From NCBI GenBank assembly GCA_903927935.1, contig CAIYOV010000128.1, forward strand, positions 1-45,641: 45,641 nucleotides of DNA, written 5' to 3'. Below are positions 26,638 through 33,941 of the stretch, in pieces (within the stretch, counting starts at the first letter, position 1; each line of letters opens with the position of its first letter). The notes under the pieces are model-generated. The model was not told the origin of the DNA and did no database searches. It saw nothing but the letters and a program-made list of their open reading frames with translations. Both the position numbers and the translations under genes were made by a program. Origin of the DNA: an uncultured Bacteroidota bacterium (GTDB lineage: Bacteria > Bacteroidota > Bacteroidia > Chitinophagales > LD1).

Positions 26638-27245
26638 TCTAATAACTCGATCACATTTCTGCCCAACCGCACTAAATTTTTCTGTTCCATTTGGCGTAGT
26701 AATCTGCTAATTGCTTCACGGTGTGTGTGCAGTTCATCTGCAATTTGCTGGTGAGTAATGTGAAGTGCTTTTGTATTTAACGCCTGTGCACGCCTTTGCA
26801 AATAATTCAATAACTGAGCATCCATATTGCTGAAAGCAATCAGGTCAATTACATTCATCAGTTCCGCATAACGAATGGCGTATGTGTTGTTGACGAACTC
26901 TTTCCACTCACGAAATCGAAACCATTCATCTACCAGTTCAGCTGGTACCATATACACTTCGGTTTCATCTTCAGTAACCGCTTTTATCATACTTATTTGG
27001 TTCGCGCGGCAACAATTGAGCGACATGGCACAAGTTTGTCCGGGGTAGATATGATAAAGAAAAATTTCACGTCCATCATCGTTTGCTCGAATTACACGAA
27101 TGCTTCCTTTCATTACAATAGGAACAAACAAAATTTTATCTCCGGGATACATCAACACTTCCTCTGCAGCAAAATGTTTTACACGTGCGTGTTTGTTGAA
27201 CTCGGCTAATAGCTGCGGGTCTTTAAAAAAAATATTGGCTGGCAT
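26634..27245 (-). CDS. Crp/Fnr-family transcriptional regulator
   Basis: 203 aa. cNMP-binding-like beta-roll and HTH ITHQQIADELHTHREAISRLLRQMEQ, which has an R-E-x-x-S-R recognition helix. No N-terminal Cys cluster of the E. coli FNR type. Confidence 0.85.
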   Translation of the reverse strand: MPANIFFKDPQLLAEFNKHARVKHFAAEEVLMYPGDKILFVPIVMKGSIRVIRANDDGREIFLYHIYPGQTCAMSLNCCRANQISMIKAVTEDETEVYMVPAELVDEWFRFREWKEFVNNTYAIRYAELMNVIDLIAFSNMDAQLLNYLQRRAQALNTKALHITHQQIADELHTHREAISRLLRQMEQKNLVRLGRNVIELLD

Positions 27246-27284
27246 TATTCGATTTAGCGCGAAACTATTTCTATTGCTTGTATT

Positions 27285-29720
27285 TTATAAACCATTTTTT
27301 CTACCCGCCCAAGTTGATGCGATTGTAGTAAACAAAATAATCGTCACCGAACTTATGGGCATGAGCACCGCAGCAATAAGAGGGCTCATTGTTCCTTTTA
27401 TAGCAAACGAAATTCCTAACAGATTGTAACAGAGCGAAATCACAAAACTAGCTTTGATAATGTTTACTCCTGTTTTAGAATAATTCAATAGGGTATCAAT
27501 TTTATCAAATTGACTTGAATCTATAATGCCGTCACAAGCAGGTGAAAAATTATTTACATCATCGCTGATGGCAATTCCAACTTCTGCCTGTTTTAAAGCC
27601 CCTGCATCATTTAGTCCATCGCCAATCATCATCACTTTTTTGTTGTCAGATTGAATCTGCTTAATCACACATAATTTTTCTGCAGGTTGCTGATGAAATA
27701 CAAGATTCTTCTCGTTTACGTATTGTTTCAGGAAATTCTTCTCCGCATCATTATCGCCACTTACTACATATATTTCAAAATACTTTCGAAGTTTATTCAT
27801 CATCGCACCGAAACCATTCCGGTATTCATTTTTTACCAGGAAGAATCCCCGCACTTTTCCGTTGATACTTACATATACCTTTGAAGCGTGGCGAAAATCG
27901 GAAACATGTGAACCGTCAGCATTCACTTCACCGACCAAAAATTTCTTAGAACCGATACGAACACTATTTTCATCCACCCAACCTTCAACGCCTTTTCCTT
28001 CCTCTTCTTTAAAATCTTCTGTTGGAATAATTTTTACTCCTTTCAAATACTCATAAACTTTTTTGCTGAGAGGATGTGAAGAATGATAGACCAGTGATTT
28101 TATAAGTTGAAGTTCATACTCAGTGATTGATTCGTTGGAATTTTCTTCTGCCTTTACAAACTCAATTTTCGAATTCTTAGTATTTGTAAGGGTTCCGGTT
28201 TTATCAAACACAATTGAATTGATTTGTGCTAATTTCTCAATTGTTAGCGCGTTCTTTAAATAAATTTTATTCCGTCCGAGTATTCGTAGAATATTTCCGA
28301 GTGTAAACGGAGAAGATAAAGCTAACGCGCATGGACAAGTAATGATGAGCACCGAGGTAAAAGCGTTGAGCGCTTTATGTAAATCTTTGTTCCACCAGTA
28401 AGCTGAAGCCAGAAATGCAATGCTAATTACAACCGGAGTAAACCAATTGCTCACCATTGTAGCGAGCGATGTGATATTTTCTTTTTGTTCTTTATTGAAT
28501 GCAGAATCATTCCAAAGCTGTGTGAGGTAACTGTGCGAAACATCTTTCATCACTTCCACTTCAATAGCGCCACCCATTTGTTTTCCTCCTGCATAAATCA
28601 AATCGCCACTGTTTTTTGAAATGGGAGTCGCTTCACCGGTCACGAAACTGTAATCAATATTTCCTTTACCTTTTATTAAAACCGAATCTGCCGGAATCAG
28701 TTCCATGTTGCGCACTAACATTCTGTCGTGCAGACGAAGATTGGTGAGTGGAATGGTAGTTTCATTTCCATTGTTGACAGTGGTAACCGCAACTGGGAAA
28801 TACGATTTGTAATCACGCTCAAAGGAAAGTGTATCGTACGTTTTGTTTTGAAACAATCTTCCAATCAGCATTAAGAGCATCAAACTTGCCATGGTATCGA
28901 AATAACCGCCACCGGTATGCGAGAATACTTCGTAAGTGCTGCGAATGAACATGGCAAGAACGCCAAGCACAATCGGAAAGTCCATGTTCAGTGCTTTTTG
29001 TTTCAGTGCACCCCATGCCGAAACAAAAAATTCTTCAGAGCAATAAAACAAAACCGGAAGTGAGAGAGCAAAATTTAAGTAACCGAAAAATTTTCTAAGC
29101 GGAGATTCTGTAAGTGCATTTATTCCTAAATACTCTGGAAAAGTAAGCAGCATAATGTTTCCAAAACAGAAAAACGCTACTCCAATTTTCAGATAATATC
29201 TCCTCAGGTGATGTTCCTTTTCTTTCCGAGTTAAATCATTGAGGTTGATGTGCGGCTCATAACCTAAAGAAGCAAGTGTTTCAACCACCTGACGGAGATT
29301 CAACTTTGAATTGTCAAATGCGATATGCACTTCACGTTTCATGAAATTGACATTGCTTCGTTTTATTCCGTTCTTTATTTTAAATAGATTCTCCAATAAA
29401 AAGATGCACGAACTGCAATGAATTTGCGGCATGTAAAAAATAACAGTAGAAATATTTCCATCTTTAAACTGAATTAATTGTCTGGCCACCTGTACATCTT
29501 CAAGGTAGGCGTATTTTTTTGCGTTTACTTCTTTTTTGAATGAGGTGCCGGGGGCATTATTCATGTCGTAGTAACTGCACAGATTGTTCCCATCAAGAAT
29601 TTCAAAAACAGTTTTGCAACCGGTGCAGCAGAATTGATGCTGATTAAAAACAATGCTACCATCACAGTTTTCACCGCAATGGTAGCACGTTAAAGATTCC
29701 TCTTCCTTTACTGCATTCAT
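27285..29720 (-). CDS. Heavy-metal (copper-type) P1B ATPase with CcoI/FixI-like N-terminal Cys-rich metal-binding domain
   Basis: 811 aa. N-terminal CYHCGENC...CCTGCKTVF, then TGEA, CPC, DKTGTLT, GDGLNDAGAL and C-terminal MPISS. Confidence 0.9.
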   Translation of the reverse strand: MNAVKEEESLTCYHCGENCDGSIVFNQHQFCCTGCKTVFEILDGNNLCSYYDMNNAPGTSFKKEVNAKKYAYLEDVQVARQLIQFKDGNISTVIFYMPQIHCSSCIFLLENLFKIKNGIKRSNVNFMKREVHIAFDNSKLNLRQVVETLASLGYEPHINLNDLTRKEKEHHLRRYYLKIGVAFFCFGNIMLLTFPEYLGINALTESPLRKFFGYLNFALSLPVLFYCSEEFFVSAWGALKQKALNMDFPIVLGVLAMFIRSTYEVFSHTGGGYFDTMASLMLLMLIGRLFQNKTYDTLSFERDYKSYFPVAVTTVNNGNETTIPLTNLRLHDRMLVRNMELIPADSVLIKGKGNIDYSFVTGEATPISKNSGDLIYAGGKQMGGAIEVEVMKDVSHSYLTQLWNDSAFNKEQKENITSLATMVSNWFTPVVISIAFLASAYWWNKDLHKALNAFTSVLIITCPCALALSSPFTLGNILRILGRNKIYLKNALTIEKLAQINSIVFDKTGTLTNTKNSKIEFVKAEENSNESITEYELQLIKSLVYHSSHPLSKKVYEYLKGVKIIPTEDFKEEEGKGVEGWVDENSVRIGSKKFLVGEVNADGSHVSDFRHASKVYVSINGKVRGFFLVKNEYRNGFGAMMNKLRKYFEIYVVSGDNDAEKNFLKQYVNEKNLVFHQQPAEKLCVIKQIQSDNKKVMMIGDGLNDAGALKQAEVGIAISDDVNNFSPACDGIIDSSQFDKIDTLLNYSKTGVNIIKASFVISLCYNLLGISFAIKGTMSPLIAAVLMPISSVTIILFTTIASTWAGRKNGL

Positions 29721-29778
29721 ACCAGGATGGTTTAGGATTCAGCGATTTTAGAAGTACAGCGCTGGGAAGAGGATGATT

Positions 29779-29988
29779 TTATGAATGACTTTTTTCTTTT
29801 TCTTTTTCAGTATTTAGTCCCAGCATCTCATATATCGGGCACCAGCCAAGCACGGCAGTAACAAATAATATACCTGTTGGAATTATCCAAAGCCAACTGG
29901 TACCTCCAGCCATAATTGCGTAGCATATTGATACAATAAAGAGAAGCGTTCTAAACCAGCCATCAAAACTGCTGAGATTTGTTTTCAT
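29779..29988 (-). CDS. DUF2892-like small membrane protein
   Basis: 69 aa with two TM segments. FDGWFRTLLF ... GWCPIYE resembles the other two DUF2892 proteins. First gene of the ATPase unit. Confidence 0.55.
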   Translation of the reverse strand: MKTNLSSFDGWFRTLLFIVSICYAIMAGGTSWLWIIPTGILFVTAVLGWCPIYEMLGLNTEKEKEKSHS

Positions 29989-30056
29989 AATAATTTGGTG
30001 TTTTGTGTTATTAATGTTAGTAGTGCAAATGTGCTTTACATTTCAATAAATGGTGT

Positions 30057-30070
30057 ATGATTTTCACCAA
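30057..30070 (-). promoter_or_regulatory. Type-a FNR-like box TTGGT-GAAA-ATCAT (proximal), DUF2892/ATPase promoter
   Basis: 23 nt upstream of the -7-like CACATTTG (30026-30033). Confidence 0.45.
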
Positions 30071-30078
30071 AATGGGAT

Positions 30079-30092
30079 ATGATTTTCGTCAG
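30079..30092 (-). promoter_or_regulatory. Type-a FNR-like box CTGAC-GAAA-ATCAT (distal), DUF2892/ATPase promoter
   Basis: 22 nt start-to-start from the proximal box, and 45 nt from the -7-like element. Confidence 0.45.
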
Positions 30093-30099
30093 GTATTTT

Positions 30100-30129
30100 T
30101 AATAAAAAGGAACGTATTCCGCTCCTTTT
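30100..30129 (-). terminator. Rho-independent terminator after the 125-aa hypothetical gene
   Basis: Minus-strand AAAAGGAGCG, loop GAATA, CGTTCCTTTT (one G-U pair), followed by TATTAAAAA. Confidence 0.6.
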
Positions 30130-30154
30130 AAACCATATGCCACATATTAGCAAA

Positions 30155-30532
30155 TTACATGGTTCTGCTTAGAAAACTATTGAATTCAAAGCGTAAATCT
30201 GCAAAGGCTGAATTAAAATTTTTCACACGCTCTTGCATTTTATAGTGCCGCACTACAAATTTTTCGTTTATGTGTTCAGGTGTTTGCTTTGCTTTTTCTT
30301 CTACCCCCAATTGTTCTTTGCTTAAATCGTGTTTAAGAATATCTAATTGTTCCTTGGTAATAATAAACTTGTTTTGAAAGTGCTCTACATGCGCTAAAAT
30401 TTCGTGCGAGTTGTTCTTAGAGGCAACTTCCTGTAAACGTTTCTCCAAAATAGAGATTTCATGTCTGTAAAAATCTGTCTCACGCTGCCAGTCTGTAATC
30501 TGGTGGTGTAAAAAGGCTAATGATGCTTTCAT
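30155..30532 (-). CDS. Hypothetical coiled-coil protein
   Basis: 125 aa, helical and charged. Located 41 nt downstream of the Usp gene, so probably co-transcribed. Confidence 0.45.
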   Translation of the reverse strand: MKASLAFLHHQITDWQRETDFYRHEISILEKRLQEVASKNNSHEILAHVEHFQNKFIITKEQLDILKHDLSKEQLGVEEKAKQTPEHINEKFVVRHYKMQERVKNFNSAFADLRFEFNSFLSRTM

Positions 30533-30573
30533 TTTGTGTTTGGTTTATGGTTAAATAATTGTTCTAAAGTCAT

Positions 30574-31410
30574 TCACTGATGCGTAATAAATACAGGCAC
30601 ATTCAGTTCTTTTATTATCCGGCTACTTAAACTTTGATGGAAAAATCTCGATAGTGCATTTCTGCCAAAAGATCCCATTACCACAATAGAATTATCGCCT
30701 TTTTGTTTTAATAGCTGCATCAACTTTTCTTCTGCGTCTCCGTGTAATAATTCATAATTAACGTCATCATAATGTTGTCTAATCATTTCCTTCAGGTGGC
30801 TGCCTTCTTTTAAATGATTACCCGAATGTTCGTTTACACTAACCACACTTGTTTCCATACCACTAAGCTCGGGGAACAGATAGGCGAACATTTTAATAGC
30901 ATACACACTCGAAGGACTGCCATCATAACAAAGTATTATTTTATCGAAATACGAGTAGTGATGCGGCACAATCATCACCGGACAATGAGCATCAACCATT
31001 AAATCTTTCAGAAACGGGCTTGGTGCGCCTTCGCTGAAGCTAAAAAAGCCGGTATGCGAATCAATAATCAGTACATCAGCAAATACACTTTCTTGAATTA
31101 CTTCCTGTAACGGAACACCTTTATCAAAGTGAACTTTATGATGAACCCCTTTTTCATCACACGCACGCTTGAAGAGTTTAATATTCAAATTAATCTTATC
31201 AAATTCTCCTTTCTGCGAGTTTTCCAGGGCAGTATAATCTACAAAAGGTTGGTCCCAAGCGTATGCATAGGTGAAATTGAGATAACGCAAATCTTGAATA
31301 AAGATGCCAACCAGCATCGAGCCAGTTGTCTTTGCCATTTCTATAGCATACTTCGAAGTCCCCTCTACATACTTTGTGCCGTCAAAAACTGCAAGTATTT
31401 TTTTCATCAC
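30574..31410 (-). CDS. Tandem universal stress protein (two UspA domains)
   Basis: 278 aa. Two Usp-like halves, with a C-terminal ATP-type motif VMGSFGRNALSRFFHQSLSSRI. Confidence 0.8.
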   Translation of the reverse strand: MMKKILAVFDGTKYVEGTSKYAIEMAKTTGSMLVGIFIQDLRYLNFTYAYAWDQPFVDYTALENSQKGEFDKINLNIKLFKRACDEKGVHHKVHFDKGVPLQEVIQESVFADVLIIDSHTGFFSFSEGAPSPFLKDLMVDAHCPVMIVPHHYSYFDKIILCYDGSPSSVYAIKMFAYLFPELSGMETSVVSVNEHSGNHLKEGSHLKEMIRQHYDDVNYELLHGDAEEKLMQLLKQKGDNSIVVMGSFGRNALSRFFHQSLSSRIIKELNVPVFITHQ

Positions 31411-31452
31411 TTCGAATTTTCACAAAGGTGTAATGTCTAAAGTTTTGAAGTA

Positions 31453-31466
31453 ATGATTAGCGTTAT
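31453..31466 (-). promoter_or_regulatory. Weak type-a box ATAAC-GCTA-ATCAT, usp promoter
   Basis: 22 nt upstream of the -7-like CACCTTTG (31423-31430). The distal half-site is degenerate. Confidence 0.35.
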
Positions 31467-31559
31467 GAGAGAATGTGAGATTTGTCAGTCACCTGGTTCA
31501 TTACATAATTATAGCACTCCGATTATAGTTTAGAAAATAAATTACTTGATTTGAAGAAT

Positions 31560-32549
31560 ATGTCGGATGTGAATAAAATTTTGGTGTGCGGAGGAGGAGG
31601 GTTTATAGGCAGCCATTTAATCAGACGTTTAAAGACGGAAGGTTTTTGGGTGCGCGGAGTAGATTTGAAATTGCCCGAACACGAAACTACGTGCGCTGAT
31701 GATTTTGTGATTGGTGATTTACGCGATCAAAAATTCTGTGAGCAGGTTTTTGATACTAAGTATTACCAGGTTTACCAGTTAGCCGCGGATATGGGTGGGG
31801 CTGGTTACATTTTTACTGGTGAAAATGATGCTGATGTGATGTATAATTCTGCACTTATCAATCTGAATATTCTTAATCTTTGTAGGGAAACTAAAGTCGA
31901 ACGTATTTTTTATTCTTCATCGGCTTGTATATATCCGGCACATAATCAGGAAGACCCAAGCAATCCGTTGTGCAGTGAGGAATCTGCATATCCTGCCAAC
32001 CCTGACAGTGAATATGGTTGGGAAAAACTATTCAGCGAACGATTGTATTTGTCCTTTATGCGTAATTATGGTTTGCAGGTAAGAATTGCGAGGTTCCATA
32101 ATGTTTTTGGAACGGAAAGCACCTGGCTGGGGGGTAAAGAAAAAGCACCTTCTGCTTTATGTCGAAAAGTTGCTGAAGCAAAGGACGGAGGAGAAATAGA
32201 AATTTGGGGTGATGGAAAACAAACCCGTTCATTTTTATTCATTGATGAATGCTTGGAAGGGGTAAGAAGATTAATGGAAAATAATTGGGAGGGTCCGGTG
32301 AATATAGGTTCGGAAGAAATGATTTCGATTAATGATTTGGCGAAAATGATTATTGAGATTTCGGGCAAGAAAATTTCTATAAAAAATATTCTGGGGCCAA
32401 CCGGAGTAAGGGGTAGAAATTCTGACAATAAACTCATTTCAGAAAAACTTGGATGGAAGCCCAATTACCCACTTAGAAAAGGTATTGAAAAAACGTATGA
32501 TTGGGTTTTGGAACAGGTCCGGCAAAATTCCACTTCTGCATTTATCTAA
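31560..32549 (+). CDS. GDP-mannose 3,5-epimerase-like extended SDR
   Basis: I prefer the ATG at 31560 over the tracked TTG. GGGGFIGSHL, AADMGG, SSACIYP, YGWEK, KAPSALCRK, GDGKQTRSFLFIDECLEG and GPTGVRGRNSDN closely parallel the plant GME sequence as I recall it. Confidence 0.75.
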   Translation: MSDVNKILVCGGGGFIGSHLIRRLKTEGFWVRGVDLKLPEHETTCADDFVIGDLRDQKFCEQVFDTKYYQVYQLAADMGGAGYIFTGENDADVMYNSALINLNILNLCRETKVERIFYSSSACIYPAHNQEDPSNPLCSEESAYPANPDSEYGWEKLFSERLYLSFMRNYGLQVRIARFHNVFGTESTWLGGKEKAPSALCRKVAEAKDGGEIEIWGDGKQTRSFLFIDECLEGVRRLMENNWEGPVNIGSEEMISINDLAKMIIEISGKKISIKNILGPTGVRGRNSDNKLISEKLGWKPNYPLRKGIEKTYDWVLEQVRQNSTSAFI

Positions 32550-32623
32550 TTTTACCAGGCTTTTTTCATTTCTACATTTCAATTATTTTTTCTCTACTTT
32601 TCGACTTACATAAAGCTTTACGT

Positions 32624-33883
32624 ATGAGAAACATTTACCCCATTCTCTGCCTCTCTGTTTTCACTTTCTTTTATTCAGATTTAAAGGCACAGTGCGGCAA
32701 CGGTCGCTATTATGATAAAATCTTTTCTCAAACATCATCAACCGTTACGTTCGGGACTGCGATGAAGTTTGACAGCACCTTCATTGATTTGAAGATGGAT
32801 ATCTATCAACCAACCGGTGATAACTTTGCTCATCGTCCGCTTCTTTTGTTTGCATTTCCGGGAAGTTTTACGGCCGGAAGCCGCTTAAGTCCCGACATAC
32901 TTCAACTTTGCGATAATTTTTCGAAAAGAGGTTATGTGTGTGCTTCCATCGACTATCGACTCGGCTTTGAAGGTGGAAGTGATTGTGACACCAATCAATT
33001 TAAAGCACTTATGCGCGGTGTGCAGGATATGAAAGCGGCTGTGCGCTATTTTTACAAAGACGCGCAAACCACCAATACTTTCCGCATTGATACCAATCAA
33101 ATTTTTATCGGAGGCACATCGGCCGGTGCGTTTATTGCATTAAATTATGCCTATGGTAAAGTAGATACGCTTTCACGATCTGAACCTGCATGGGCACGCC
33201 CCGCTTTAGATTCGTTGGGTGGGCCTGAAGGCAACAGCGGCAACCCGGGATATTCTAACAAAGTGAAAGGTGTAATTGATTTATGCGGAGCTATAGCCGA
33301 TACTGTTTGGATTATGCCTGGAGATCCTGTCCTGGTAGGTGTACATGGAACAGCTGACGCCACTGTTTCCTGTTGGTACGATAGTGTTTATGCGTCCACG
33401 CACCCCGAAAGTTTGTTGTTTGGAGGAGGAGATATTTTAAACCGATTAAATCACATCACCTTGAACCATTCACTCTATCTTTTTCAGGGAGCTGACCATG
33501 TTCCGTTTATTTTGCCTATTCCTTTTCTTCCCCCGGCTTCTGCATATATGGACTCTACCGTTTGGATTGTGCGGGATTTTCTTTATCAGAACGTAGTGTG
33601 CGATCCAACAACAACTTCAGGCGTTGAAAATATTAATGGTGAAATTCCGGTTTCCATATTTCCGAATCCCAGCGATGATGCGACTATCCTCTTTTCGCAT
33701 TGCCAAAATGATTTGATAGCGGAAGTATTTTCGATTGAAGGTAAATTACTGATGCGGAAAGTTATTCCTGCACAATCTTCGCAGACAATTTCGAAACAGG
33801 AATTTGGTGCCGGAACTTATCTGGTTCAGATTTCCGATTCAAAAAACGCTTTATATAAGGTTGAACGAATAGTTTTCTACTAA
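32624..33883 (+). CDS. Secreted alpha/beta-hydrolase (esterase/lipase-like) with T9SS C-terminal sorting domain
   Basis: Start moved to MRNIYPILCLSVF (signal peptide). Nucleophile elbow GGTSAGA, HGTADATV and GADHVPF. C-terminal FPNPSDD...YLVQISD...ERIVFY is Por_Secre_tail-like. Confidence 0.75.
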   Translation: MRNIYPILCLSVFTFFYSDLKAQCGNGRYYDKIFSQTSSTVTFGTAMKFDSTFIDLKMDIYQPTGDNFAHRPLLLFAFPGSFTAGSRLSPDILQLCDNFSKRGYVCASIDYRLGFEGGSDCDTNQFKALMRGVQDMKAAVRYFYKDAQTTNTFRIDTNQIFIGGTSAGAFIALNYAYGKVDTLSRSEPAWARPALDSLGGPEGNSGNPGYSNKVKGVIDLCGAIADTVWIMPGDPVLVGVHGTADATVSCWYDSVYASTHPESLLFGGGDILNRLNHITLNHSLYLFQGADHVPFILPIPFLPPASAYMDSTVWIVRDFLYQNVVCDPTTTSGVENINGEIPVSIFPNPSDDATILFSHCQNDLIAEVFSIEGKLLMRKVIPAQSSQTISKQEFGAGTYLVQISDSKNALYKVERIVFY

Positions 33884-33941
33884 GTGGTTTTTTCTATTTG
33901 AATTTCATTCCTTATCATCGCTTCAGAAGGATGAAACAATA

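Noticed and set aside
27285-27330. Possible type-a half-site (TTGATGCGATTGTA) upstream of the Crp/Fnr gene, inside the ATPase 3' end
   Set aside because: Only one half-site matches. The spacing to the nearest -7-like element (46 nt) does not fit either spacing class seen elsewhere.
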